A stretch of 64,000 nucleotides of DNA from Nitrospirales bacterium (GTDB lineage: Bacteria > Nitrospirota > Nitrospiria > Nitrospirales > UBA8639). The stretch spans positions 928,001 through 992,000 of the forward strand of contig OY820905.2 of NCBI GenBank assembly GCA_963555755.3, given 5' to 3'. The translations under genes and the position numbers were made by a program. Positions 33,601-46,142 of this stretch are shown here, piece after piece; the first letter of the stretch is position 1, and each line of letters starts with the position of its first letter. The notes beneath the pieces were generated by a model. The model did not search any database, was not told the DNA's origin, and worked only from the letters and a program-made list of their open reading frames with translations.

Positions 33601-34697
33601 ACTAGGGCTCCCCCCAGGGCCTCTGTCCCCAACGTGGCCACGCCGGCTTGTTGGCTCGCTCGTGTTCTCAGTTTCAGTTCCGCCTGCTTCTGTCTGTTGA
33701 TATCCAGCAAAACACCACTCACCTGCTGCAGACTGCCCTCTTCATTGAAATGCAGGACGCCTCTGTCGTGCATCCAGATATAGTTCCCATTCTGACGTTG
33801 GAAACGATACTCTACATCGAAAAGACGCCGTTCGGTTTGGGCCTGTGCAAATTCTTCCATGACTCTCTGGTAATCCTCAGGGTGGATTCTGGAAAGCCAA
33901 CTGGCTCTATTGGTTCCCATCTCCTCCACATTGTATCCCAGAAGTTTGACGTAGACGCCATTCCACCCAATGCGGTCCGCTGAGACATCGTAGTCATACA
34001 CGATCTCGCCTAAGGCCTGAACGAAGGATTCGTTTCGGCGAATCAAGTCATCCTTCAAGATTTCCAGCTGTTGATTCGCTCGCTTAAGCGCCATTTCCGC
34101 CTGCTTACGTTCGGTGATGTTCTCCATAGTGGCTACTATAAGTGTTGGCTTCCCTTCCCTATCACGGACCACGGAGGCAGCGACGTTGCACCATATGATG
34201 GTTTGAGATTTTGTGAGAAATCGGTTTTCAAATTGAAAGTTTGGAAGTCCACTCTTGAACACTCGGGTAGTCAGGTCCACCGATTGTTCGACATCATCAG
34301 GGTGGGTGATATCCTTGATGGTTCGCCTCTTGAGCGCCTGCTTGGTATATCCAAGCAGGTCACAGAAGGCGCGATTTACTTGGACGAGTTGAAGGTCAGG
34401 GTTGAGAGTGGCCATGGACACCGTTTCACCTTCCAACGCTACCCGAAATTTCGCCTCAGTATCCTCAATAGCCTCTTGGACTTTGCTTGTGCCGGATGGC
34501 GGATATTTCTTTCCTCGTACCGGCCCGGCTGTGGCCTTTTTTTTGTCCACCAATCCGGTGCGGTTTACCCTTGCAACCGCCGGAATGACCTTCTTGCCAT
34601 TTCCCTTTTCATAGCGTTTCTCCAGCTCGGCCACATGCGAATGGAGGCCTGATAATTCCTCAAGAAGCTGGGCTTTAGTTTTGGAAGTATTTTTCAT
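27668..34697 (-). CDS. Multi-PAS/GAF hybrid histidine kinase with receiver domain, split by a 1-nt frameshift near 30568
   Basis: Repeated PAS/PAC and GAF domains; [11 protein letters not shown]-box; DPFFTTK; receiver domain; GAF helix reads ...[12 protein letters not shown] across ORFs 30528-34697 and 27668-30634. Confidence 0.85.
28098..28132. repeat. (GTATCA)n in-frame tandem repeat encoding a DT linker
   Basis: GTATCAGTATCAGTATCAGTATCATCAGTATCAGT. Confidence 0.8.
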
Positions 34698-35001
34698 CGG
34701 ACTCTTCCCTTACGTCACGAAGTTTCTGAATTAGGCTGTGCCGTTATACGGGGAACCGGGCATTCAATTTTTTATCAGTTTTTGGGGTAGTGACTACTCC
34801 AGCCTCTTTCATTATTGGGATTTTTCGTTCAGAAAAACTCCCTGTGTCTTTTATGAGCGGTGACCCTTTACAATCCCTCGATAGACGACCAACCCGTACT
34901 CAGTGACAAAGCCAATGAAGATTTTTTACCATCCGACTTCTATCGTTCCATACTATCAATCCTGCCCCTGGACTGCCTATTTCCAGAAGTGAAGAACCTA
35001 A

Positions 35002-35306
35002 GGGTTCGCGCAAAAATAACTTCTTTATGTTGGGGTGTTGAGGCCCCGGTCTAGCAAGGCGCGAGGGCTGCACACACTCCTCGGTATGGAAAGGACGAGC
35101 AACGCCGCCAGACAGGATGGACCGACGCCCAAACAATAGGAAGGGCACCTCTAAAAACCGTCCTTTTCCGTGATGGCGGGGTCAGCCGCGTGTTCAAATC
35201 CTCATGTATTCGCCCATACACTCCGGTTTTCCGCGCGCGGCTTCCTTGCCCTCACAAAAAATGCCGGGTTTGTAGAGGTGCCCGGAAGTTATTTTTGCGC
35301 GAGCCC
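35002..35306. mobile_element. MITE B containing nested MITE A (35143-35283)
   Basis: B ends flanked by TAA; A inserted with 4-bp TSD GGAA. Confidence 0.88.
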
Positions 35307-35524
35307 TAAGCGGCAGGACCAACTCCACGGTCAGATACTTGAGAACGATAGACACACTAATAACGAGCGTGGCAAACATCCGTTCCCCACTCCCTAAGTG
35401 AAGGCCTCATCCATTAGGTCTCCTCATTTTATGAATCACCGAAGGGAAGTAACGGCCCTATCTTGATGGTTATGAATGGGGCAACACAAAACGGAATTTT
35501 ATACTCTAATTTTTTATACTCTAC

Positions 35525-36848
35525 CACTAGTGTCCGGTAAAAGTGACCAACACCCGCGCTAACTCCCTGTTCTAACAAAGGAAATCACGATTTAATGGGT
35601 GTTACCGATTTCGATTGTGAAAAATGCTGTGCTGAGGCACTCTCCGATATTTGGGGGGCACACCATGCACGAGGGGCAACTCATTTTTTCACAAGTCACC
35701 GATCATTTACCCCTGCACACCTTTCGTCGATCTGTTCAGCGTTATCAAGGCGAACGCTATGTGAAGCAGTTCCGTTGTCTCGATCAGTACCTGGTCATGG
35801 CGTTTGCACAGTTGACCTATCGCGAAAGTCTTCGCGATATCGAAGCCTGTCTTCGTGCTCACCAAACCAAACTCTATCATATGGGGATTCGCACCACGAT
35901 TTCCCGGAGCACCCTGGCCGAGGCCAACGAACAACGAGATTGGCGAATTTATGCCGACTTCGCTCAGGCCTTGATCCAGCTGGCCCGTCCCTTGTATGCC
36001 AAAGAGGACTTGGGGCTCGATCTCAACCATACCGTGTACGCGCTCGATGCCTCCACTATCGATCTCTGCCTGTCTCTTTTTCCCTGGGCACGGTTTCGTT
36101 CCACCAAGTCCGCCGTGAAACTCCATACCCTGCTCGATTTACGCGGCAATATTCCGACCTTTATCCATATCTCGGACGGCAAGCTTCACGACGTCAATGT
36201 TCTCGATATCCTTCTGCCAGAGCCTGGAGCATTCTATATCATGGATCGAGGGTATCTGGACTTCGAGCGACTGTTCACCCTCACGCAATCGGGAACATTT
36301 TTCGTCATTCGAGCCAAGAGCAATACGCAGTACAAACGGCAATACTCCCATGCCATCGACAAAGCTCATGGGTTGCGATGCGATCAGACAATCGTGCTGA
36401 CTGGAGCCAATACCAAGCACGCCTATCCTCAGCCATTGCGACGAGTCAAATACCACGACAGCAAGACCGACAAGACGTTCAACTTTCTCACCAACAACTT
36501 TGCCACGCCGGCACAAACCGTCGCCGATCTCTATCGCTATCGCTGGCAAGTGGAGCTCTTTTTTAAATGGATCAAACAGCATCTCAGAATCAAATCGTTT
36601 TTTGGCACCTCCGAGAATGCCGTCAAGAGCCAGATCTGGATCGCCATCTCGATCTATGTGCTGGTGGCAATCATCAAAAAACGACTCGATCTCAAGGCAG
36701 ACCTCTACACAATTTTACAGGTGTTGAGCCTGACCCTGTTTGAGAAAATTCCATTGAATCAACTCCTTACGGATAAGCGCTACAATGAGGCGGCCTATGC
36801 CATGTGCAACCAATTGAATTTGTTCGATAATTTAACCGGACAGTAGTG
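35525..36848 (+). mobile_element. IS4-family insertion sequence
   Basis: TIR CACTA(G/C)TGTCCGGT; 9-bp TSD ATACTCTAC. Confidence 0.92.
35665..36846 (+). CDS. IS4-family transposase (DUF4372-type N-terminus)
   Basis: AFAQLTYRESLRDIE, DASTI, MDRGY, YRYRWQVELFFKWIKQ motifs. Confidence 0.93.
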   Translation: MHEGQLIFSQVTDHLPLHTFRRSVQRYQGERYVKQFRCLDQYLVMAFAQLTYRESLRDIEACLRAHQTKLYHMGIRTTISRSTLAEANEQRDWRIYADFAQALIQLARPLYAKEDLGLDLNHTVYALDASTIDLCLSLFPWARFRSTKSAVKLHTLLDLRGNIPTFIHISDGKLHDVNVLDILLPEPGAFYIMDRGYLDFERLFTLTQSGTFFVIRAKSNTQYKRQYSHAIDKAHGLRCDQTIVLTGANTKHAYPQPLRRVKYHDSKTDKTFNFLTNNFATPAQTVADLYRYRWQVELFFKWIKQHLRIKSFFGTSENAVKSQIWIAISIYVLVAIIKKRLDLKADLYTILQVLSLTLFEKIPLNQLLTDKRYNEAAYAMCNQLNLFDNLTGQ

Positions 36849-37192
36849 ATACTCTACCTTAATTCTGGAAGAGTCAATCTCCCATGCATCTCTTTATTCT
36901 TCTGCGACATTGTCAAACGACCCTATCAGATAATCCACGGGAGCAATGGGGCTAGGAGCAGAGCAGAAGATTTTCCGATGTGTTGAGGCTTGCACGGAAA
37001 TCCACGGGTCATACACTCCTACTCAGGAATGCCTTTCTCTTCAGGAAAAAACGTGACGATCTTAAACTGGAATTCGGAGGTACAATAGGGAATGCCTCCC
37101 GATGTGTAGAATTTCCAGGAATGAGGCGAATTGACTCTGCAGTGGAGTGGAAGGAAGCGATCGTTCAATCATTTTAGGTGGGAGAAAACGCT

Positions 37193-37864
37193 CTACCCTT
37201 TGTCCTGACCCATTGCGTTGAGAAACGAATCAGCTTCTTTGATGGAAGCTTCCATGTCCTTGATAAGGGAAGCAATGTCATTCTCCACGGACACTAACTC
37301 TTGTTTTAACGAGGCAATGGCTTGCGCATTCAAGTTGTGTTTGAGAAAAAGCACTTGATCCTTGAACGCGGCGATTACAGGACCCATCTTCTTTTCTGCC
37401 CGTTTCATGGCCCTAATCAACTGGGAATATTGCTTGCGTGTTTGGTCTAACTTTTGTTGACTGACACGGCGAAGATTCTTATTGGAATACTGCCCCAACT
37501 CAATTTCCCATTCATTGAACAACGCTTCAGAGACATCCTCAACGGAGGCAATGCGATCATGAACAGCCTGCGCTTTGCTCTCGCTGCGTTCATACTCAGC
37601 ATTCAACTTCTCGTATGTGTCCTGCAGCGCCCCACCTTTGAAATTTAACACCGTGGAGAATTGTTCAAACGCCGTTTGAAATTGTTCTTTGGCTTCTTCC
37701 TGTGCATCCCGCGCTTTTTGCACATCAGACACCAAGAGGTCTCGCTTGTGATACCCCAACGTTTCCATCGCCCCGTAATACGCGGTGTGACAGCCGACCA
37801 AAACCATGACGAGCACAAACCCTAGAAGAACAAAATTCATTTTTCTCACCGAAAACTGATGCAT
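37193..37864 (-). CDS. DUF2959-family lipoprotein
   Basis: GC...YYGAMETLGYHKRD; DQVLFLKHNLNAQAI. Confidence 0.85.
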   Translation of the reverse strand: MHQFSVRKMNFVLLGFVLVMVLVGCHTAYYGAMETLGYHKRDLLVSDVQKARDAQEEAKEQFQTAFEQFSTVLNFKGGALQDTYEKLNAEYERSESKAQAVHDRIASVEDVSEALFNEWEIELGQYSNKNLRRVSQQKLDQTRKQYSQLIRAMKRAEKKMGPVIAAFKDQVLFLKHNLNAQAIASLKQELVSVENDIASLIKDMEASIKEADSFLNAMGQDKG

Positions 37865-38098
37865 ATTTGTCACTCCTCTAACCAGCCGCATGATGCCACA
37901 AACCTTACCCCTTAACCGCTCACTCCCTGGGCACCAATGACAATGGGATCTTCTCTGTTGAAAGTTCGCGCATCCTATCCTCTCGAACATATGCATTCAA
38001 GAAAAATTTCCATTTGTGTCGACCCGACACATAGACAAGAAGAAGGGCCAACTTCATAATACCAAGCTCGTGACATTTATTGTGGGGAGGAAACTGAA

Positions 38099-38428
38099 AT
38101 GACTATTCCCGTCTCACTTGGTTTGTTTGTCTTAGCCGGGCTGTGCGAAATTGGCGGCGGCTACTTGGTGTGGCAATGGATTCGCGAAGGAAAACCCTTG
38201 GGCATCGGTATACTCGGCGGCCTCTTACTCATGACCTACGGCGTCATTCCCACATTTCAACAGGCACACTTTGGGCGAGTCTATGCGGCGTACGGCGGCA
38301 TGTTTATCGTCCTGTCCCTACTATGGGGATGGGCACTCGATGGGACCCGCCCCGATCGATTCGATGTGGTCGGAGCGTTACTTTGCCTTGGCGGAGTCGC
38401 CATCATCATGTACAGCCCACGCCCATAA
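38099..38428 (+). CDS. YnfA-family small membrane protein
   Basis: [24 protein letters not shown] motifs. Confidence 0.9.
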   Translation: MTIPVSLGLFVLAGLCEIGGGYLVWQWIREGKPLGIGILGGLLLMTYGVIPTFQQAHFGRVYAAYGGMFIVLSLLWGWALDGTRPDRFDVVGALLCLGGVAIIMYSPRP

Positions 38429-38527
38429 AAAGAATGTGAACACCCATGATCATCTTTCATTCGCCGAAAGATTCAACAATAACCCTCTCATTTGTGCAGC
38501 TGAATGGTCACACCATTTAGAAACAAA

Positions 38528-38649
38528 GGGGCCTGTTCAAAATGGTCGTCCAGCAAGGCCGCAGGCCCTTTGGCACGCGGAGCGTACAGCAGTACGTGAG
38601 CATGACAAAGGGCCGAGAACGCCGCTGGCGAGCATTTTCAACAGGCCCC
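38528..38649. mobile_element. MITE family C variant
   Basis: GGGGCCTGTTCAAAATG...CATTTTCAACAGGCCCC ends; shared core. Confidence 0.8.
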
Positions 38650-38665
38650 CGGAAGGAGAAGATCC

Positions 38666-39409
38666 ATGATTAGTTGGTTGGCCGACCCACAAGCCTGGCT
38701 GGCACTCGGTACTTTAACAGCCCTTGAAATTGTACTGGGAATCGACAACATCATCTTTATTTCCATCCTGGCCTCGAAACTTCCTAAAGCCGAGCAGCCA
38801 CGTGCCAGGTTCTGGGGACTGACGGTCGCGATGGTCACACGATTGTTGCTTTTGTTTTCGTTATCGTGGCTGATGAGCCTGACCGCTCCACTCATCACGA
38901 TCTTCGCTTATGAAATATCCGGACGCGACATCATCCTGCTAGTCGGCGGCCTCTTTCTCTTGGGGAAAAGCACATTGGAGATTCACGACAAACTCGAAGG
39001 CGAAGAAGAACATACCTCGACACGGGGAGCGGCAACCTTTGGAGCCATCATTTTCCAGATTGCCCTTCTCGATATTGTGTTCTCTCTTGATTCCGTGATT
39101 ACGGCCATTGGAATGGCGGATCGCGTGAGCGTCATGGCCACCGCCATCGTCATTGCCGTGTTGGTAATGATGGCGGCCTCAGGAGCCATTAGCGAATTCA
39201 TCGACCAACGTCCGACAATCAAAATGCTCGCATTGAGCTTTTTGTTACTGGTAGGAGTCATGCTCATTGGTGAAGGGCTGCACTTCCATATCCCGAAAGG
39301 CTATGTCTATTTCGCCATGGCCTTCTCAGTCTTTGTGGAAATGCTCAATACGAAGATCCGTCGTCGTCGGATGCCACCACTCAAACTCAGGCAACGCTAT
39401 GTGGAATGA
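38666..39409 (+). CDS. TerC-family membrane protein
   Basis: LEIVLGIDNI, DIVFSLDSVITA motifs. Confidence 0.92.
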   Translation: MISWLADPQAWLALGTLTALEIVLGIDNIIFISILASKLPKAEQPRARFWGLTVAMVTRLLLLFSLSWLMSLTAPLITIFAYEISGRDIILLVGGLFLLGKSTLEIHDKLEGEEEHTSTRGAATFGAIIFQIALLDIVFSLDSVITAIGMADRVSVMATAIVIAVLVMMAASGAISEFIDQRPTIKMLALSFLLLVGVMLIGEGLHFHIPKGYVYFAMAFSVFVEMLNTKIRRRRMPPLKLRQRYVE

Positions 39410-39456
39410 TGCAGATGACTGGAATGCAATAGGTAGGGATGAAAAAAAAGGGCAAA

Positions 39457-40220
39457 TCACAATTCAGTCGTGGCTGCCTGGTCGTGACAATCAGGACAGA
39501 TGACATAGTGAATCGGCATAATAGGTTTAAGAAGGTTGTATTGCCAACCCAGTGTCACCCAATCCTTCCATCTTTGAGAGAAACCCTTGACTCGCAAACA
39601 CAAACTACACTGGCAAATTATTACTTGCTCAAGAGAAATCTCTTTTTCATGGCTGGGAGTAAAGGTTATTGGTCGTTCAACTAATAACCGGCCATCGAGA
39701 CACAACGCGTTATTGGGCAAAGCCGAAATACTTAAAACCAAATGGCGTTCGATTAAACCTAGAAACGGCAGTTGGGCGCAAAAAAGACGTGTAAGATATT
39801 GGTGTGCATGGTGAAATACAAAAAGTCGTGTCACCTCTCTGGTGATGAGACCTTTTTGTATTTTGCCAGGTGCGCCAAGGGCTTGCGCGGACTTTTGTGA
39901 TCCAACTGCCGTTTCTAGGTTAAAGGAGAATCACCTCTAAAGGCAACCTGCATATTTCGATGTTGGGTTCGCACGGACTCAAAAATCTGTTCATAAAAAG
40001 GTCTCGTCTCTGGGCCATAGATAAATTTCCACAGGGTTTGGCCAAGCACTGTTGTTTCGGTAAGATCAGGGGTTCCGTTGGCGACAGCAAAGTCAAGCCA
40101 ATCCTGATTCACGAAGGCAATGAAATCCGAAGCATCCAGATGATACAAATAGCGAGATGTGTAAGGAGCTTCCAAACCCTTACCCCCCAGTTCGGTATTG
40201 AGGAGAATTCCAAAATTCAA
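39457..40220 (-). pseudogene. PAS-like/Cys-motif hypothetical gene disrupted by MITE E
   Basis: Removing the MITE and one TSD joins ...FRGDSPL to IERHLVL...CSLC...CPDC in frame. Confidence 0.75.
39758..39919. mobile_element. MITE family E (162 bp)
   Basis: TIR CCTAGAAACGGCAGTTGG; 5-bp TSD TTAAA; appears identical to 44777-44938. Confidence 0.93.
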
Positions 40221-40461
40221 ACATTTTGAACCTGGAAAGAAAACAACCCCGGAACCGTTTCAGGCTAAGGGTTTTTGATGGGTGTAACCTGTGTAATCCA
40301 CAAGGAAAAAGGGAAAGGTGGGGAGACAGGATTATCAGAGACGGCGTATACTTCATACTTCTTTTCTCGGACAATTCAATCCCAAACCGTCCATCTCTAA
40401 TAGGAAGCAGAGTATGAGGGGATTCCAATATTCTTCCACAAGAAAATCCAGAGTTAGTTAA

Positions 40462-41463
<1,002 letters not shown>

Positions 41464-42136
41464 GGACCTGAGAGAAAATAACTTGAACAATTTCGCGCCA
41501 AGATTTGGGTTGGAGTTGGACAGAACGATTGAGAAAAACCCGAGGCATAGCACAGCTATGTTGAAGGTTTTTCGATTGAGGCCCGTTCAACCTAGAAACG
41601 GCAGTTGGGCACAAAAAAGACGTGTAAGATATTGGTGTGCATGGTGAAATAAAAAAAGTCGTGGTCACCTTAGGGCTCGCGCAACAATAACTTTCCCTGT
41701 TTGGGCGTCGATCCATCCCGTCTGGCGGCGTTGCTCGTCCTTTCCATACGAGGAGTATGCGCAGTCCTCGCGCCTTGCCAGACAGGTGTCTCAGCACCCA
41801 AACAGGGAAAGTTATTGTTGCGCGAACCCTCAGTGGTGATGAGACATTTTTTTATTTTGCCAGGTGCGCCTAGGAGCCTGTCCGAGATTAGGGATCGTTG
41901 CGAGGGGGTGCTGGTTTGAGTCAGATGTTTCGATCGTTTGAGGCGAATAGTAGTGCCTATTTAACGAAAAGGATCGGGAGATCTGGCCAAATCCAGCGCA
42001 CCCACAGTAGATCCGTCTAATCTTGGACAGGCTCCTTGAGCTTGCGCGGACTTTTGTGATCCAACTGCTGTTTCTAGGTTCAAAGATGGCCCGAAGATTG
42101 GATGCGAAATTGTTCAAGTTATTTTCTCTCAGGTCC
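41464..42136. mobile_element. Nested MITE stack: F containing E (41591-42078), which contains B (41673-41829) and G (41873-42035)
   Basis: F TSD TAA (left copy is the AKR stop codon); E TSD TTCAA; B flanks TTA/TCA; G TIR GGAGCCTGTCC(G/A)AGATTAG. Confidence 0.9.
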
Positions 42137-42236
42137 TAACTGAGCGCCCACTCACATGGGTGACATTGAGAGACAGAGGATTGAAAACACCAGGCTGGTT
42201 CCCTATCCTAAGAATTGAGGAGGAGATCCCAGGACC

Positions 42237-42551
42237 ATGACATTACGAGCCCATGCCGAAGCTCTCTACGAAGCCCTTCGCCCGATCTTGGGCGACCATG
42301 AGGCTTCCCAAGTGCAAACCAAACTCGAACGAGAGCTGCGTCATGTGGTTCCAAATTGGAATGAGGCAATTCCAGATTGCCCAGGATGGTATTGGTTCAA
42401 ACCACCGGGCATTAGTGAACCTCAGCTCTTGCTCGTGAGTCACGGACGGATAGACACCAAACTCATGGCCGACCTCGGACCGCCCAACAATTTGGTAGAT
42501 GTGCAACGAGTCAAAGGACAATGGGCAGGACCACTGCTCCCACCAACCTAA
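42237..42551 (+). CDS. Hypothetical protein
   Basis: SD-like AGGA before ATG; W...P..PGWYWF and WAGPL.PP motifs. Confidence 0.6.
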   Translation: MTLRAHAEALYEALRPILGDHEASQVQTKLERELRHVVPNWNEAIPDCPGWYWFKPPGISEPQLLLVSHGRIDTKLMADLGPPNNLVDVQRVKGQWAGPLLPPT

Positions 42552-42602
42552 AGATGAAGGAAGGCATTGACATCGTTTCGAAGCAGACAAAAGACATCAA
42601 CC

Positions 42603-43055
42603 ATGACGAGCACCAAAAGATGGATAACGATTTTGATTGTGGTCGCATGGAGTTTGGCTGGGCAGGTCGGCATCAACCAAGCGAAAAAACCGTCAAATAC
42701 ACTGACGATCCAAAACGATTCAGGCCAATTCGTCTTAGTCAAAATCGTGGGTCCCACCAGAGCTGTCATGAAGATCCCCCTTGACCGAAAAAAGAAAATC
42801 CATCTTGCCCCTGGCGAGTACTATATTCTCGTGAGGTTTGGGTTCGCACCCAAAGAATATATCTACACCAAAGGTGAACCCTTTACCCTGACCCAAGAGC
42901 AAGATCGATTTTCACACACCAGCATTACCCTACACCGGGTAATCCCCGGAATCGAGAATCCTTATGAGGCATCCGGAGAGGAATTTAAGAACTTTATACT
43001 TTCGAAAGGAAAGAAAAATTCACCATCACACGGAACACATGGAGCCGACGAATAA
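42603..43055 (+). CDS. Hypothetical exported protein
   Basis: Hydrophobic N-terminus; beta-rich body. Confidence 0.55.
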   Translation: MTSTKRWITILIVVAWSLAGQVGINQAKKPSNTLTIQNDSGQFVLVKIVGPTRAVMKIPLDRKKKIHLAPGEYYILVRFGFAPKEYIYTKGEPFTLTQEQDRFSHTSITLHRVIPGIENPYEASGEEFKNFILSKGKKNSPSHGTHGADE

Positions 43056-43069
43056 TTCCTCCCTGTTGG

Positions 43070-43858
43070 TTAGGTGGCGAGCACGACCAGCCCCATCAGC
43101 ATCATTCCTCCACCAGCCAAACGCCCGCCATACACCCCAAAAGGCAATACCTTTTCGAGAAACACAAAAACTGCAATCCCGGCAATCCAGAGCAGGTTCA
43201 TCACACCTCCGACAAAGAGCAAACCCATCAACGCCCAACAGCACCCAAGGCAAAACGCGCCATGTTCCACCCCCAATCGAAACGCCCCACCCACTCCTGG
43301 TCGCCAATGATGCGAAAAAAAATGCGCTGGCGAGCGGCAGTGATCTAAACATACATTTTTCCATGGGGTCAGTTGATAGAGCCCTGCGATTATTAGAAGC
43401 CCCCCTCCCAGCACGTGGCTCTTGGTCATCATCATTGGCGAAAGCAACGACGTTTCATGAAGTCCCCATTGCAACAGCGTCGCACCCACACTAAAGAGAC
43501 ACCACATCACCAAATAGCCGGAGACGAAGGCTGCGATTGGGGCCATCGGCGTTCCTTGCCGCTCGGCTTTGCGCACCATGCCCGCATACAAGAGCGTCAT
43601 AGGCGCGGCGCTCGGAACCATCATCCCCACCATCATGATCGCCCACATAAAAAACATGAACACGAAATCCGCCGGCATCCAGGGATGCATTTGCATCATA
43701 GAGTCTGCCGCCTTCATATCCATCGCCGGCATCCGTGCCCACAGATAAATCACATACGCCCACGCCAAGGCCGTCACCCCAGCCAGCGCCGCCAAAATCG
43801 CAATCCGATCACGTCGAGGAAGCGGATGAGGGGAAGTAGCGGGCAAAAGCAAATCCAT
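43070..43858 (-). CDS. DUF2182-family putative metal-binding membrane protein
   Basis: MWAIMMVGMMVPSAAP, YQLTPWK..CL.HCRSP, CLGCCW motifs. Confidence 0.9.
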   Translation of the reverse strand: MDLLLPATSPHPLPRRDRIAILAALAGVTALAWAYVIYLWARMPAMDMKAADSMMQMHPWMPADFVFMFFMWAIMMVGMMVPSAAPMTLLYAGMVRKAERQGTPMAPIAAFVSGYLVMWCLFSVGATLLQWGLHETSLLSPMMMTKSHVLGGGLLIIAGLYQLTPWKNVCLDHCRSPAHFFSHHWRPGVGGAFRLGVEHGAFCLGCCWALMGLLFVGGVMNLLWIAGIAVFVFLEKVLPFGVYGGRLAGGGMMLMGLVVLAT

Positions 43859-44033
43859 AAATGAAAAATATAAGGAGGGTCGAAGAAACCAGCAACTCAC
43901 CGAATCAATCCAATGCCACAAAAACCTGGATTCCCGCTGACAACCGCGGGAATGACGCGACTAAAATTGATGGACCGCATCTGGACCAACCGATCTCTAG
44001 AATTCTAAACGTGGAAAACGCATTTCCCCTAAT

Positions 44034-44247
44034 GCCTTGGGTGCGGCGGAGCCGCAGCCCCGAATTGACTTCTTTGGCGAGGGCTGTTTGAGCGCAGCGA
44101 GTTCCCGAGCCATCTTATTCGGGGCGGAGGCGGAGGGACCCGTAGAGCCTGCCCCCGCGGAGGCGGGGGGCCGCGCACGGGCAAAAATGGTTTTGGGCAC
44201 TTTTGCCGAAACAAAAGGGACTCGTCGCGCGGGGACGAAACCCCGCA
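44034..44247 (-). repeat. Repeat family H, copy 4
   Basis: Homology to other H copies. Confidence 0.8.
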
Positions 44248-44321
44248 TATCATTTTTTGTAGAAATTTAAATTGCTGAGTTAGGGAGGGAAAACCTAGAT
44301 TGAAAGCTTCGCTGAAAAAAA

Positions 44322-45124
44322 TCAGTCCCGAATCACCCCATCCTGATTCATGTGCAGAATATTAAACTGCCCGTAGCTATCGGTTAAATTCAACGTGACA
44401 CCAGCCTGAACCCGACTCGATCCATTGCCTATCTCGGCAACCGTGTATTCAAACCCATCCGGCAAATTAATGCGCGCACGGTAAGGACCGCCGGTAAATG
44501 GATTCGTAATCGGCATACCCTTAGACTCTACCAATCCCGGCACGGTGACCTTCGCCTGCCGTGCATCTACATCAATATCAGCCTCGATCGGCACATACTG
44601 AGGTTCTAGCACTTCCGACATCGTACTGTTGTAAACAAAAAAGTGCGTGGAACCAGGCTTCGTTGATTCCCCATGCAGAATCTTGCGCAGGGCTTCGCGT
44701 TGAGCCGCATCGGCCCGCTCATCAATCAAGATCTGTTGCTTGCCATTGCCTGCAGCAACCTCCCCTGGCCATTGAACCTAGAAACGGCAGTTGGGCGCAA
44801 AAAAGACGTGTAAGATATTGGTGTGCATGGTGAAATACAAAAAGTCGTGTCACCTCTCTGGTGATGAGACCTTTTTGTATTTTGCCAGGTGCGCCAAGGG
44901 CTTGCGCGGACTTTTGTGATCCAACTGCCGTTTCTAGGTTGAAGCAACATGACAAAGTTCAGCCCATCCAACCGCGTGTCATTGAAATAACCTTCCTCAA
45001 TATGCCCCGAGGCAACCGCCTCACAAAACCCATTCGTCGACGGCGCATTGAACTGACACCCACACCCATACGAACAATTGCAGTTCGAAAACTCGACTCC
45101 CCGAATCATCCATTGATCAGACAT
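44322..45124 (-). pseudogene. DUF1326-family gene disrupted by MITE E
   Basis: NCNC.YGCGCQF N-terminus; removing the insert restores ...MLLQWPGEVAAGNG...IDERAD; sits beside DUF2182. Confidence 0.88.
44777..44938. mobile_element. MITE family E (162 bp)
   Basis: TIRs; 5-bp TSD TTGAA. Confidence 0.93.
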
Positions 45125-45141
45125 CGGTTACCTCCCTCTTA

Positions 45142-45298
45142 GGGTTCGCGCAAGAATAACTTCCCCTGTTTGGGCGTCGATCCATCCCGCCTGGCGGCGT
45201 TGCTCGTCCTTTCCATACGAGGAGTATGCGCAGTCCTCGCGCCTTGCCAGACAGGCGTCTCAGCACCCAAACAGGGGAAGTTATTCTTGCGCGAACCC
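45142..45298. mobile_element. MITE family B
   Basis: TIRs; TTA/TAA flanks. Confidence 0.9.
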
Positions 45299-45454
45299 TA
45301 AGCCTGTGGTTATAAGCCGGAGCTATTCTTTTTCCTATCCTTCTACCACGACTTCCTAGACAATTTCCACAGTCAAGAGAGACAAAAAGTCTTGGTTTCA
45401 CCGTCATCCGGTTGGGTCTGGCCGACATACAAGCCTTTGACCTTAGGACTCACG

Positions 45455-45596
45455 AAAAAAGCTGTGTAAGATATTGGTGTGCCTCATGAAAGAGAAAATG
45501 TCGTGATTGCCTTGGTGGTGATGAGACATTTTTCTGTTTTGCGAAATGCCCCAAGAGCTTGCGGAACTGTTGTGATCCCACTGCGGTTTCTAGGTT
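45455..45596. mobile_element. Truncated, diverged MITE E
   Basis: E body and one end GTTTCTAGG. Confidence 0.7.
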
Positions 45597-45722
45597 TAGG
45601 AGAAAAACTGTTTTTCTACGCTTAACATCAGAATGGGTTTGGCCAAACCCTTGCAAAATGATGAATCTCCTGGTACCAACAACCAATCACAGAAACACAT
45701 TCACCCAAAAGGAGTAGCACTC

Positions 45723-45821
45723 ATGGCTAAAGGCCAAGACTCACGCAAAGAAGCCAAAAAACAACCTACCAAAACAACCAAGGAAAAACGCGCTGAAAAA
45801 AAGGCCAAGAAAAAGGGATAG
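45723..45821 (+). CDS. Small lysine-rich protein (32 aa)
   Basis: AAGGAG SD; MAKGQDSRKEAKKQPTKTTKEKRAEKKAKKKG. Confidence 0.65.
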   Translation: MAKGQDSRKEAKKQPTKTTKEKRAEKKAKKKG

Positions 45822-46142
45822 ATTTTTCATATTTCACTTTTTCATTCTCGGCTTCGTTCTGTCATTCCCGACGTGTTCAATCGGGCATCCATACCCTTTT
45901 TGTCACCCCCACTGTCTCTAGCACAACCCTGGAAGCCTCCGTCGATAGTCTTGCAGTACGTATTCACATGGATTGAATCCAGGAAAGAGTTTATACTGGA
46001 AGTATACCCGGGAACACATAAGGTACCTCCCGGCCACCACCGCTCTTCAAAGAGCGAAGACGCGTGGTCACTATAGCTTAACTTTCTGTTACCTGCGCCT
46101 CTCACCCCAACTTGCTCCGCAAAGGGAGGAGGGAGAATTAAG